Below, piece by piece: positions 33,075-43,068 of a stretch of 64,000 bases of DNA. The notes beneath the pieces are model-generated. The model was not told the DNA's origin. It did not search any database and worked only from the letters and a program-made list of their open reading frames with translations. The translations under genes were made by a program, and so were the position numbers. How positions within the stretch are numbered: position 1 is the first letter of the stretch; the number at the start of each line of letters is the position of its first letter. The DNA comes from Flavobacteriales bacterium (GTDB lineage Bacteria > Bacteroidota > Bacteroidia > Flavobacteriales_C > GCA-002722245): NCBI GenBank assembly GCA_023251095.1, contig JAHEZL010000001.1, positions 131,871 to 195,870 of the forward strand. The letters run 5' to 3'.

Positions 33075-34575
33075 GCAAAACCGCCCCAAACAACATCACC
33101 ATTCCCAAGTACAAAAACCAATTCAGCCGATAACTTTTGTATTGCAAAAACAAGCTTACGCATAAACCATACAACAACCAGCAATAAAGCGACGACACCG
33201 TAAAAGACAAAGTTGTAAAAGGCCAGCAACTCACCTGCTCACAAAACCAATCCATAAAAAGCACTACACCATCAATTATCCCCTTGCTTAACCCATGATA
33301 AGGAAGCAACACAAAGGCTATCCCCAAGTACATCAACAATGCAACCGCAGGAACAATCACCAGGTTGGCCACAATAAAATAAACCGATAAATACTCAAAG
33401 TAATAAATCAGAAAAGGCAGCAAGGTAATTTGCACTGCAATGCTCAGAAAAATCAAATCGGTGACAGATTTCAAAAAGAAATTTTTCACTTTCCATGCTT
33501 CTGAAAAAACAGGCATAATGAAAATAATGCCCAACATCGCTCCATACGTGAGTTGAAATCCTATATCATATAAGTACAGCGGATCAATGAGCAAAATCAC
33601 AAAGGCCGATAAGCAGGTGGTATGCAGCAAAACACTTCCTCTACCCATTGCAGAACCTATGACATACAAAGAAAACATCAATGCCGAACGCAGCACCGGA
33701 GGAGAAAATCCAACCATCCAGCAATAAAACCAAATCAGAACGAGCACCAGAGAAACCGCCGCTACAGAGCGCTTGTTCAAAAACAACGCAATGATCCAAC
33801 TGATGACGAGATAAATAATCCCTACGTGCAAGCCCGATACAGAAAGGATGTGCGACACACCCAACACCGCATAATCCTCTTTGGTTTGTTTGTCGACATA
33901 GCCCCGATCTCCAATCAACAATGACAAAAGCAGAGATTTTGATTTTTGAGACAAGGCAGACAAACGAATTTTTCTGTGCGCCAGATTATAAAAAGAATAA
34001 AACCAACTATTGTTTTTCTTCAGCTCCGTTTTACTACGGATATTCACATAAATCTTGTATTGAACACCCTGCCGCAAAAGATATTCATCCCATGAAGTTG
34101 GCTCCTTCCCAGGTTTTAACAGCGGTAAAAGCGAAACTTCATGAAGCACCATTGTATCTCCTTTTTCAAGAACAACTCCACAGGCGCTATCCATATTCAC
34201 TAAAACGTCAAAAGAATTACCTGCATTAAAAGCAGGAGCCAGCATCCAGCAACCCCGCTCTGTAAACCTTACTCCCTCTGTATTTTTAATGAGCAGTGTA
34301 TCGAAATAAATTTTGTCTGTTGCCGGTTTTACCTCCACGGAATTCAACATAACATTCATTTTTCCCAAAAAGAAAAACAGACAAGCGAGCAACACAGATC
34401 GAAGAGAAAACAATAACATTTCTTTGCTGAGTTTCAACTTGTCGGAAAAAAGCAACACCGCATAACTCAACACAACAAACAACATTATCCCCCAAATAAA
34501 TTCCTCTTCAATGCCAATACCCGCAATGAAAAACAAAAGCGGAAGCGCCATCGGCGAACGCTGAATTTTATGCAT
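33067..34575 (-). CDS. comEC: ComEC/Rec2 family competence protein
   Basis: LLIGDR, GVSHILSVSGLHVG, SPPVLRSALM, GFQLTY; multiple TM helices. Confidence 0.9.
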   Translation of the reverse strand: MHKIQRSPMALPLLFFIAGIGIEEEFIWGIMLFVVLSYAVLLFSDKLKLSKEMLLFSLRSVLLACLFFFLGKMNVMLNSVEVKPATDKIYFDTLLIKNTEGVRFTERGCWMLAPAFNAGNSFDVLVNMDSACGVVLEKGDTMVLHEVSLLPLLKPGKEPTSWDEYLLRQGVQYKIYVNIRSKTELKKNNSWFYSFYNLAHRKIRLSALSQKSKSLLLSLLIGDRGYVDKQTKEDYAVLGVSHILSVSGLHVGIIYLVISWIIALFLNKRSVAAVSLVLVLIWFYCWMVGFSPPVLRSALMFSLYVIGSAMGRGSVLLHTTCLSAFVILLIDPLYLYDIGFQLTYGAMLGIIFIMPVFSEAWKVKNFFLKSVTDLIFLSIAVQITLLPFLIYYFEYLSVYFIVANLVIVPAVALLMYLGIAFVLLPYHGLSKGIIDGVVLFMDWFCEQVSCWPFTTLSFTVSSLYCWLLYGLCVSLFLQYKSYRLNWFLYLGMVMLFGAVLLI

Positions 34576-34703
34576 ACAAATGATTTGAAAAGTCTTCCGA
34601 CTTTAATTAGGCGGTGTAAAAATAATAGGAAATGAAAAAAGGGAAGGATTTAGATTTACACAAAAAGCTAACAGAAATTGAAAGCTAATTATTGTTCCTT
34701 GTC

Positions 34704-34874
34704 AAATCCCTCTTGCCATCACACCACACTCCCCCGCGCTCTCCCTTTTTTCAAAGGGAGAAGAGCAGCACTCATCCATTTTCACAGCATGATTTTCAGG
34801 AAACGCCAGCTAACCAACTTCCTCCTTTGGAAAAGGAGGAGTGCGAAGGATTTGTGCGAAAGCAAGGAGGATTT
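34704..34874. repeat. REPIN/MITE-like element, family 2, copy 1
   Basis: AAATCCCTCTTGCC...CTCCCTTTTTTCAAAGGGAG...CCTCCTTTGGAAAAGGAGG...GGATTT; homologous to 44282-44454 and 45942-46099. Confidence 0.85.
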
Positions 34875-34892
34875 TAGGAATTGGAATTAAAT

Positions 34893-36044
34893 TCACTCCT
34901 CCTTAAAAAACTCCAGCGCGTTTAAATTCACAATAAACACACCTGTAAAATAGTACTGAATAATTTGATTATAGGCATAACCTTCCTTAGCCATCTGCAT
35001 GGCTCCTTCCTGACACAAACCAACGCCATGGCCATATCCACGACCCTGAATAAAAACAGAATCATTGACCATCTGAACTTTAAAATAAGCCGATTTCAAT
35101 TTTAAATCTGTTCGGATTTTGGTGGTTTTTACCGCTTTTCCCGGAAAATAAAAAGAAGCCTGCCGCCCATCGGGTGAAAAATAAACTTCCTCACCATCCA
35201 CCGTAGTATCCAATTCCGCAGGAACATCAATGCTCCTCAAATACTTATGCCATTGCTCTTTGCTCATCTTTTTTTTCCATCTTGCATTTCTGCTTTTAAC
35301 ACAAAATGTGTCTTTCACCGCACGCAGATAAGGAAGCGGTGTGAGCCATACATCTTCGGAATTACAGGTTTCTCCACCGCAATTGGAATGAAAAGTAGCG
35401 TTAATCAAATCAAATCGTTCATCGGTAATGATAAGTCCGTTAGTGGCTGTAGTAGCTTTTAAAATATCAGGAATCTTGGAGCTCTTGCTGTAGTAAGCCT
35501 GACAGTGCACGTTATCACACAAATTATATCCTTCCAATGAATGGCGTTCAATATTTTTTAAAGCGTAGGTTCTGCACAGTATCGCCTGCAACTTAAAATA
35601 CTCGGGCGCTGCACGAAGCCCCGCTTCCGACTCCACCACCCCTGCAATGTAATGCTCCAGCTCAACATCATTCAGCAACAAAATAGTTTTCACTTCCATC
35701 CTGCACACCAAATTATCTTCATAAGTACGCGCTTCACCAGCCACTCCTATTTTAAAATTATTGAGATAGTCTTCTCCCTTCAGTTTAAAATGCGAAAGCA
35801 GTTTGGAAGTGCCCTTAAAGTGGACTCGCATTTTACTTCCTTCCACTTCAAACTTCAGAGTTTCACCTTGCTGAAAAGTGGTCAGCAATGTTGAATCGTG
35901 ATACAAAGAATAAGAACCTCTGCTCATGTTTACCGTTGCGGCATGCACTGTTTTTAAAGAAAAAATATGGATGAGAAATTGATGAGCAAATAAAGAAGAA
36001 ACAGAAAAAAACAAGACAATAAAAACAGCAAATCTTTTAAGCAT
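34893..36044 (-). CDS. SpoIID/LytB domain lytic transglycosylase-like protein
   Basis: LE.YIAGVV..E, K.QAI..RTYAL, CQAY, FHSNCGG, PYLRAV.D, GYGHGVGLCQ.GA. Confidence 0.92.
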   Translation of the reverse strand: MLKRFAVFIVLFFSVSSLFAHQFLIHIFSLKTVHAATVNMSRGSYSLYHDSTLLTTFQQGETLKFEVEGSKMRVHFKGTSKLLSHFKLKGEDYLNNFKIGVAGEARTYEDNLVCRMEVKTILLLNDVELEHYIAGVVESEAGLRAAPEYFKLQAILCRTYALKNIERHSLEGYNLCDNVHCQAYYSKSSKIPDILKATTATNGLIITDERFDLINATFHSNCGGETCNSEDVWLTPLPYLRAVKDTFCVKSRNARWKKKMSKEQWHKYLRSIDVPAELDTTVDGEEVYFSPDGRQASFYFPGKAVKTTKIRTDLKLKSAYFKVQMVNDSVFIQGRGYGHGVGLCQEGAMQMAKEGYAYNQIIQYYFTGVFIVNLNALEFFKEE

Positions 36045-37155
36045 GACGAAGAAAATTTACTATCCCTTCCGCCGTTTTTCGCGATGCTCCGCCTCCCCCC
36101 AGTTTGGTTTTTAGTTCTTTATAATCTGCTTTCATTTTAGCAATCATAACTTCGTCGGAAAGAATTTTTCGCAATTCTCCACTTAACCTATCCGCATTCA
36201 TTTCATCCTGAATGAGCTCAGTCACCGCCACTCTATCCAGAATAAGATTGACCAGTGAAATGTATTTTACTTTGATGAGTCGCTTAGCAATCTGATACGA
36301 TATTTTGCTGCCTTTATAACACACCACTTCGGGAACTTCAAACAAAGCGGTTTCCAAAGTAGCAGTCCCCGATGTTACCATCGCAGCACTCGCCACAGAA
36401 AGCAATCCGTAAGTATTTCCGCTAACAATTTGCACCTTCGACTTCCCTAAAATACCAGCATACATTTCCTCAGGAATAGATTTCACTCCTGCCAGCACAT
36501 ATTTATATCCTTTGTTTTTTTTAGCAGCGGCAAGCATCACAGGAAGCATGGCCTGAATTTCCTGTTTGCGACTGCCCGGCAATAAGAGCACAATTTTTTC
36601 ATCACCAAAACCATAACGTTTTCGGATGACGGAAGCGGCTTCCACCAAATCATTGTCGATGGCATCCAGCAAGGGATGACCAACGAAATCAATATCGTAG
36701 TTGAACTTTTTATAAAAATCTTTTTCAAAAGGAAGAATGGCGAACAGCTTGTCGACACTGCTGTTGATCTTGTGCACACGCGATTGCTTCCAGGCCCAGA
36801 TTTGCGGGGAGATGTAGTAAAAAACTTTTAAGCCTTTTGGTTTTGCCCATTCGGCAATGCGGAGATTGAATCCCGGATAATCCACTAAAATCAAAGCATC
36901 GGGCTTATAAGCTTCAATATCTTTTTTACAAAAGGAAATGTTTTTCAAAATGGTACCGAGGTTTTTCACTACCTCAATAAAACCCATAAAAGCGATGTCT
37001 TTATAATGCACTACCAAGTCGCCACCAACCGCCTGCATCCTGTCGCCACCCCAAAAACGGAACTCGGCTTTTTCATCCAGCAACAAAATCTGCTTCATTA
37101 AATTAGAAGCATGTAAATCGCCGGAAGCCTCGCCTGCTATGATATAGTAACGCAT
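36037..37155 (-). CDS. lpxB: Lipid-A-disaccharide synthase
   Basis: AGEASGD, DYPGFN, YISPQIWAWK, ILPFE, VGHPL, LPGSR, SGTATLE. Confidence 0.96.
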   Translation of the reverse strand: MRYYIIAGEASGDLHASNLMKQILLLDEKAEFRFWGGDRMQAVGGDLVVHYKDIAFMGFIEVVKNLGTILKNISFCKKDIEAYKPDALILVDYPGFNLRIAEWAKPKGLKVFYYISPQIWAWKQSRVHKINSSVDKLFAILPFEKDFYKKFNYDIDFVGHPLLDAIDNDLVEAASVIRKRYGFGDEKIVLLLPGSRKQEIQAMLPVMLAAAKKNKGYKYVLAGVKSIPEEMYAGILGKSKVQIVSGNTYGLLSVASAAMVTSGTATLETALFEVPEVVCYKGSKISYQIAKRLIKVKYISLVNLILDRVAVTELIQDEMNADRLSGELRKILSDEVMIAKMKADYKELKTKLGGGGASRKTAEGIVNFLRHA

Positions 37156-37508
37156 TATATTCCGCCTTCAATTAATTTTAAAATAAAAACCAGCACCACA
37201 TAAAACAAAGTAGAAACCAGTACTCCTCTTGCGCCCCAATCGTTATTGCGGCGCAGCAGTAAAAAAAACACTACCAAATTTCCAAGCACACTTAAGCTCA
37301 TTACATTGGCAATATTGTGCATGTTGTGCAGTATTTTAGTCAGATAGTTTTGAAAACCAACATCAAATCTTTTACTGCTGTCGAGATAAAAAACATAAAT
37401 CACCACAGGCAAAACCAACAAAGGAAACAAGGCGCCTATAATAACGCCCCTGTTTCTTTTTTGCCTAAGCTCCGGTGAACCAACCTTCCAATTCTTTCCT
37501 AAACTCAT
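37155..37508 (-). CDS. Hypothetical membrane protein
   Basis: Three hydrophobic segments, N..ARGVL motif; fills the gap between surE and lpxB; exact start uncertain (44-nt overlap with surE). Confidence 0.65.
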   Translation of the reverse strand: MSLGKNWKVGSPELRQKRNRGVIIGALFPLLVLPVVIYVFYLDSSKRFDVGFQNYLTKILHNMHNIANVMSLSVLGNLVVFFLLLRRNNDWGARGVLVSTLFYVVLVFILKLIEGGI

Positions 37509-38241
37509 GTGCCGTTAAATCAAATTTTGTGGGTACTACAGAAACATATCCTTCTTTCAAAGCCTCTTCATCAGTGCTTTCCCCACCATCCATATTTACA
37601 AATTGTCCGCTCAGCCAATAATAAGAATTGCCGAAAGGATCTTTGCGCTCGTCAAAATTTTCATCCCAGTAAGCGTTCGCTTGCCTGCAAACTTTAATTC
37701 CTTTTATTTCTTCTTTTGGTAAGTAAGGGAAATTCACATTTAAGCAAACTCCTTTAGGCAAACCTTTCTCCAAAACTTTTTTGGCCAGTTGCTGAACATA
37801 TTTTTTACAAGCAGAAAAATCAGCGTTGATATCGTGACTGTTCAAAGAAAATCCTAAAGCCGGAATTCCTTCAATAGCCCCTTCAATAGCAGCCGACATT
37901 GTGCCTGAATAAATGACATTGATAGAAGAATTTGAACCATGATTGATGCCCGAAACCAGTAAATCAAAAGGGCGATCGGCAACTACCTTCACGCCAAATT
38001 TCACACAATCCACAGGTGTTCCCGAGCAACTGTATTCCTGTAATCCTTCTTCTTTGTGTTTTTCATACAAGCGCAAAGTGGAGTTAATGGTAATGGCATG
38101 TCCCATTCCCGACATCCCCTGATTGGGCGCCACCACAACCACATCACCAATTTCTCTCATGTATTGAATCAACGCGCGAATGCCCGGAGCCGTAACTCCG
38201 TCGTCGTTGGTAACTAATATTAAAGGTCGTGTTTTTGTCAT
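37465..38241 (-). CDS. surE: 5'/3'-nucleotidase SurE
   Basis: ILVTNDDG, VVAP, GTPVDCV, SGINHG.N, YSGT.SAA.EG, LNVNFP. Confidence 0.96.
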   Translation of the reverse strand: MTKTRPLILVTNDDGVTAPGIRALIQYMREIGDVVVVAPNQGMSGMGHAITINSTLRLYEKHKEEGLQEYSCSGTPVDCVKFGVKVVADRPFDLLVSGINHGSNSSINVIYSGTMSAAIEGAIEGIPALGFSLNSHDINADFSACKKYVQQLAKKVLEKGLPKGVCLNVNFPYLPKEEIKGIKVCRQANAYWDENFDERKDPFGNSYYWLSGQFVNMDGGESTDEEALKEGYVSVVPTKFDLTAHEFRKELEGWFTGA

Positions 38242-38407
38242 ACATCTGCGGATAATGCCCTAAGGTATAAAGTTTAAAACAAATACTTTTCAAATTCAAC
38301 GCAAAGCATAAACTACGGCTTGTTAAAAAATCATGTAAAAGTCGTGGACAATAGTAATTTATGGTACGCCGTTATCGCTTACTTTTAACGTCAAATAAAA
38401 CACTACC

Positions 38408-40039
38408 ATGAAAAAAATATTTTTATCCATTTTCGCTATAGCCCTTACGTCCCAAATCTTTGCACAGGAAGAAAGCACCGTAAAATCCACTATTGAAAAA
38501 GTAACCGTATTCCTGCAAGGCGCTCAAATCACCGAAAACGGAAAAGCCAATCTGGAAAAAGGAAAACATATTTTGAAGTTAAGCGGACTCACTCCTTATA
38601 TACAAGCCAACAGTATTTCGGTTAAAACATCGGCCAACATAACCCTGATCAACGTTTTGTCGCAAATCAATTATGTGAAATCTACAGAAGCTCCAAAAAG
38701 AATAAAACAAATTGAGGATTCCATTCAGATATTTCAGGATCAATGGGATTTAAGCACGGCCAACATTCAGGTATATGAAGAAGAAAAAGCTTTGCTACAA
38801 GCCAACAAAACCATTAAAGGAGCTGAAGCTTTGGATATGGCCGACTTGCAGGAAGCCGCTAAATATTTCAGAGATCACCTCAGTGAACTGGCTGAAAAAG
38901 TTCAGGAAGGAAAAATTCATTTGAGAGCGATCAAAAAAAATATCGATCGTTTAATTAATGAAAAAAATACTTTGAATTATTCCAACAACAAACAAACCGG
39001 AGAAATATTGATGGAAGTGTATGCAGCACAAAACGGCAACATGGAATTTGAAGTGACTTATTATACCAGCAATGCTACTTGGACCCCTACTTATGATGTA
39101 CGCGCGAAGGATATTAACAGTCCGATAGCATTGGATTACAAAGCCAACATCCAACAAAGCACCGGTGTGGATTGGAAAAATGTGGAGTTAACGTTGTCGA
39201 CAGGAAATCCAAGTGTTTCGGGACAAGCTCCGGATATTTATAAATGGACGATTGATAATTCTGCGGAAAGAATTTATAGAAAAGAGAAGAACAAACATGC
39301 CGTCTTGAAAGCTTATAGCGATGATAGCGTTATGGAAGAACAACTCGGCTTAATGGATGGGAAATATACAACCAACGCACCTACAGCATCCGTTTCATAT
39401 AACTACACCGCAACTATTCAAAAAGAAACAAGCACAACCCATCAATATATTATAGCTACTCCTTACACCATTGTTTCCGACGGGAAAAGTCATAAAGTTG
39501 ATGTAGCACAACACTCCGTTGCTGCAGCTTACAAATACATCACTGTTCCAAAAGCCGATGCAACTGCTTTCTTAATCGCGCAAATCACCGGCTGGGAAAA
39601 ATTAAATTTATTGCCGGGGGAAGCCAGCATCTTTTTTGAAGATGCCTTTGTAGGAAATTCTTTCATTGATACTGAAAATGCAAACGATACTATGGACCTC
39701 TCTTTAGGCAGCGACAAAAGCATTATCATCAACAGATCAAAATCAAATGAGTTGTCGAAAAAAATCGTTTTAGGTGCCGATAAATCAACTGAAATCACCT
39801 GGGAAATTAAAGTGAGAAACACGAAATCAAAAGCGATTACTATTATTATTAAAGATCAGGTTCCTGTTTCTATAAATAAAGAAATTGATGTGAATGTGCC
39901 TGAAATAAAAGAAGGTCAGCTGGAAGCGGAGACTGGAATTGTGAAATGGGAATACACTATTAATCCCGGTGAGGAGAAAGTGATACGTTTTGGGTATAAG
40001 GTGAAATATCCGAAGAAATATAGGGTGATTTTGGAGTAA
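38408..40039 (+). CDS. DUF4140/DUF4139 (MuiA-like) secreted protein
   Basis: Signal peptide; IEKVTVFLQGAQI, coiled coil, W.P.YDVR, QSTG.DW.NV.L.LSTGNP, LLPGEA, DQVPVS. Confidence 0.88.
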   Translation: MKKIFLSIFAIALTSQIFAQEESTVKSTIEKVTVFLQGAQITENGKANLEKGKHILKLSGLTPYIQANSISVKTSANITLINVLSQINYVKSTEAPKRIKQIEDSIQIFQDQWDLSTANIQVYEEEKALLQANKTIKGAEALDMADLQEAAKYFRDHLSELAEKVQEGKIHLRAIKKNIDRLINEKNTLNYSNNKQTGEILMEVYAAQNGNMEFEVTYYTSNATWTPTYDVRAKDINSPIALDYKANIQQSTGVDWKNVELTLSTGNPSVSGQAPDIYKWTIDNSAERIYRKEKNKHAVLKAYSDDSVMEEQLGLMDGKYTTNAPTASVSYNYTATIQKETSTTHQYIIATPYTIVSDGKSHKVDVAQHSVAAAYKYITVPKADATAFLIAQITGWEKLNLLPGEASIFFEDAFVGNSFIDTENANDTMDLSLGSDKSIIINRSKSNELSKKIVLGADKSTEITWEIKVRNTKSKAITIIIKDQVPVSINKEIDVNVPEIKEGQLEAETGIVKWEYTINPGEEKVIRFGYKVKYPKKYRVILE

Positions 40040-40060
40040 GTTCCATTTGCTATCCCAGTA

Positions 40061-40145
40061 CGTCATTGCGAAATTTTTGTACTCAAAAATGAAGCAAACT
40101 CATTTTGATGATGAGGTTGCTTCGTCCTTCGTCCTCGCAATGACG
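40061..40145. repeat. CGTC-tagged REP doublet, family 1 (hybrid long/short arms)
   Basis: Left arm CGTCATTGCGAAATTTTTGTACTCAAAAATGAAGCAA; right arm TTGCTTCGTCCTTCGTCCTCGCAATGACG. Confidence 0.88.
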
Positions 40146-40172
40146 TAGTGGGTAGAAATACGATAATTGAAT

Positions 40173-40919
40173 TTACTGAAACTTCGCTATAAACGCCTCC
40201 CTCTTATTCGGAGAAACATCCACCTGCGATCCATCACTCATCGTTACAAACCCACCTTTACCTTTGGTATATTTAGTAACATACTGAAGATTTACAAGAT
40301 GTGATTTATGAACCCTCACAAAATCAAAATCACTCAAACATTCTTCATAAAATTTCAGCGTTCGGCAAATCAGCATTTTTTTGCCGTTTGTTAAATGAAA
40401 GGAAGTAAAGTTGTCGTTGGCTTCGCAGCGCACAATATCGCTTACGTTAATGATTTCAAAGCCTTCCATCACCGGTAAAATAACTTTTTTAGTTTGCTTG
40501 TTGATGCTTTTTAAATTTTCAATCAGCACCTTAGTATGACTCGGCTCAACAGAGCTTTTCGCTTTCTTTTCTTTGATTTTATCCACCGCTAAAATCAGCT
40601 CGTCGATATCCACCGGTTTTAATATATAGTAAGAAGCACAAAGATTCAAAGCTTTGATGGCGTAGTGACTGAAGGCCGTTACAAAAACCACTTCAAAAGT
40701 AATATTCTCAAATTTCTCCAATAAATCGAAGCCATTTCCATAAGGCATTTCAACATCCAGAAAAACAATGTCGGGAGACGTTTTGTTGATGAGATCAACG
40801 CCTGTAAGCACCGAATCGGCCATGCCCACCAACTTCACATCAGGGCAATATTGCGCTAAATAATTTTTCAGGGTTTCTCTCCCCGACTCTTCATCTTCAA
40901 TGATTACAGCTTTTAGCAT
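40173..40919 (-). CDS. LytTR family response regulator
   Basis: Receiver (IIEDE, FLDVEMP, FVTAF, YILKP) plus LytTR domain (EANDNFT, F.RVHKSHLVN). Confidence 0.95.
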   Translation of the reverse strand: MLKAVIIEDEESGRETLKNYLAQYCPDVKLVGMADSVLTGVDLINKTSPDIVFLDVEMPYGNGFDLLEKFENITFEVVFVTAFSHYAIKALNLCASYYILKPVDIDELILAVDKIKEKKAKSSVEPSHTKVLIENLKSINKQTKKVILPVMEGFEIINVSDIVRCEANDNFTSFHLTNGKKMLICRTLKFYEECLSDFDFVRVHKSHLVNLQYVTKYTKGKGGFVTMSDGSQVDVSPNKREAFIAKFQ

Positions 40920-40922
40920 AAG

Positions 40923-42911
40923 TTATTCTTTTTGAAAAGGAATTGAAATATTTACAATGGTGCCCTCCCCCGTTTTTGGATTGGCATCCTGAACCTGAAC
41001 CTTGAGATTTGTTTTGAATAAATCGTTGATGATTTGCAAACGCGACTCGATATTTTTCAAGCCCATCGATTCATTTTGTTTTTGATTGTGGGTTTTCAAT
41101 TCCTGTGATTTCTTGCGTCCGATCCCGTTATCGGTGATAGTCACCGTTAACGAATCTCCGTTTGCAGCCACTCTCACATCCAGCAATCCCTTCTCCTCTT
41201 TGTAGCGCAAGCCATGCCACACCGAGTTTTCAATGTAAGGCTGAATGAGCATTGGCGGAACTTTATACTGATCCACCACTAAATTTTCATCTACCTCAAA
41301 AGTGTAATCAAACTTATTGCTGAAGCGGAAATGCTCCAGCTTCAAATACAGTCGCAACACCTCAATCTCTTCGGAAAGCGGAACAAAATCTTTTTGTGAA
41401 TTCTCCAATACAGATCGCATCAACTTAGAAAAATCAGCCAGATATTTATTGGCTGTTTTCTGATCGTTGGAAGAAATAAAACTGTTTACCGAGTTGAGCG
41501 CATTGAAAATAAAATGCGGATTCATCTGACTGCGCAAGGATTTTAGGGCCAGGAGCTGATTGGCAATTTTCTTCTGCTTAATGTTTTTATACAATAGATA
41601 AGCAGAAATCACAACGATGACAATAAAGATGATCAATCCATAAATCAAAGTCTCCTGAAACTTGCGTTCATTCTCCAATTGTTGAATCATCTGATCGCTC
41701 AGCTGCTTGTTTTTTTCAAGGAGCTCAATGCGCTGATTAGACTCGGAAACTTCATTGGTCTCCGTTAAATCATTGGCTATGATAAGCTCTTTTTTCTTGT
41801 TCAGCGAGTCCATGAGATTAACATAAATCTCATGATGCTCATAGGCTTTTTCGAAATCTCCTTTTTTCTCGTAAGCTTTCGACAAACTTTTGTAGGCCTC
41901 TGCTTTTTCTTCTAATTGTCCGAGTTTATTAGAATTGACAATGGTTTGCTCCAATACCGGAATAGCACGATCGGGTTTATTCTGATCGAGATAAACATTA
42001 GCGTTTTCCAACATCAACTGATTTTTGATGGTGTCGTTTTCCGTTTGCCTCGAGATATTTTCATTGATTTCTAAAACTTTTTCATAATCGCCCTCTCCTT
42101 TGTATTCCTGTTTCAGCATCGAATTTTGCCGGGTGATAATTCCTTCGTCTTTCGTTTCAGCCGCGTTGCTGGCCGATTTCGAATAATATTTTTTTGCGCT
42201 TATCTTATCCTTTTGCTGAGAATAAATTCTTCCCAGATAATCATTGGCCTCTACCACCAGAGCTTTGGAACTTATATTTTTTTCGTCATTCGACACCAAT
42301 TTGAAATAAGTAATGGCTGCAGCCATGTCATTTGTATTGAAAGCCATTCTCCCGCGAGCATTGGCAATCCATGCTCTCCCATCATGTGTACCTGCAAAAG
42401 TTGTGGTTTTTTCCAACTCAAGTAAGAAAGCTTCTGCTTTACCGTATTCTTTCAAACCTTCGTAATCAAGCACCATTCCTTTTAAAACTTCAACATCACC
42501 GCTTAACTTATAACTGCTTTTTTCTTCCTCTTTCATCACCTTTGCTTCTCCCCGCATTTTCACCTTCATGTCAGCAGATTTCTTCTCAGCAGCAACTACT
42601 GTAGGTTTTACTTTTTCATAAAAGCGCACCGACTGGTTGTACAACTTCAAATTGTAGTTGGCCTTGGCCAATAACAAATAACACTCTTTGGTACGAGCAT
42701 CTCCTTTTTCTTCAGAAGCAAGAACCAAAGCCTCTTCTAAAAATTTAATGGCCTTCGCGGGTTGTTTGTTCAGATAAACATTGGCCGAATCAATCAATTG
42801 CGGATAAGGATCATCTCCTCGCATCGACGCGTTTTTTGTGGTTCTCAGCTGTGCCGTTGCGCCGAAAAAACTCAAAACAAAAAGTGATATAAAAAGTATT
42901 TTTCTCATCAT
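40923..42911 (-). CDS. LytS/YehU-type sensor histidine kinase with periplasmic TPR repeats
   Basis: Signal peptide, TPR-like helices, one TM, LRSQMNPHFIFNALNS, PPMLIQP.IEN..WHG, DNGIG. Confidence 0.93.
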   Translation of the reverse strand: MMRKILFISLFVLSFFGATAQLRTTKNASMRGDDPYPQLIDSANVYLNKQPAKAIKFLEEALVLASEEKGDARTKECYLLLAKANYNLKLYNQSVRFYEKVKPTVVAAEKKSADMKVKMRGEAKVMKEEEKSSYKLSGDVEVLKGMVLDYEGLKEYGKAEAFLLELEKTTTFAGTHDGRAWIANARGRMAFNTNDMAAAITYFKLVSNDEKNISSKALVVEANDYLGRIYSQQKDKISAKKYYSKSASNAAETKDEGIITRQNSMLKQEYKGEGDYEKVLEINENISRQTENDTIKNQLMLENANVYLDQNKPDRAIPVLEQTIVNSNKLGQLEEKAEAYKSLSKAYEKKGDFEKAYEHHEIYVNLMDSLNKKKELIIANDLTETNEVSESNQRIELLEKNKQLSDQMIQQLENERKFQETLIYGLIIFIVIVVISAYLLYKNIKQKKIANQLLALKSLRSQMNPHFIFNALNSVNSFISSNDQKTANKYLADFSKLMRSVLENSQKDFVPLSEEIEVLRLYLKLEHFRFSNKFDYTFEVDENLVVDQYKVPPMLIQPYIENSVWHGLRYKEEKGLLDVRVAANGDSLTVTITDNGIGRKKSQELKTHNQKQNESMGLKNIESRLQIINDLFKTNLKVQVQDANPKTGEGTIVNISIPFQKE

Positions 42912-42962
42912 GATTTACAATACTGCAATTTAGAACCGATTTGGCAAACCTCAAAATTATAG

Positions 42963-43012
42963 ACTAAGTGACATCCACTTTTCACTAAGTGGGAAATGCC
43001 TTTCTCTAATTT
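42963..43012 (+). promoter_or_regulatory. Candidate LytTR binding site (21-bp periodic direct repeats)
   Basis: ACTAAGTG at 42963 and 42984, degenerate TCTAATTT at 43005. Confidence 0.65.
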
Positions 43013-43068
43013 CTCATTTTATACAGACCGTGAACACCATAGTTTTAGCTAAAACAAAACTAAATACT

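Noticed and set aside
34678-34890. Short ORFs over family 2 elements (also 44360..44563, 45827..46024, 45835..46017, 46065..46259)
   Set aside because: They arise from GC-rich, stop-poor palindromes; frames are not conserved between copies
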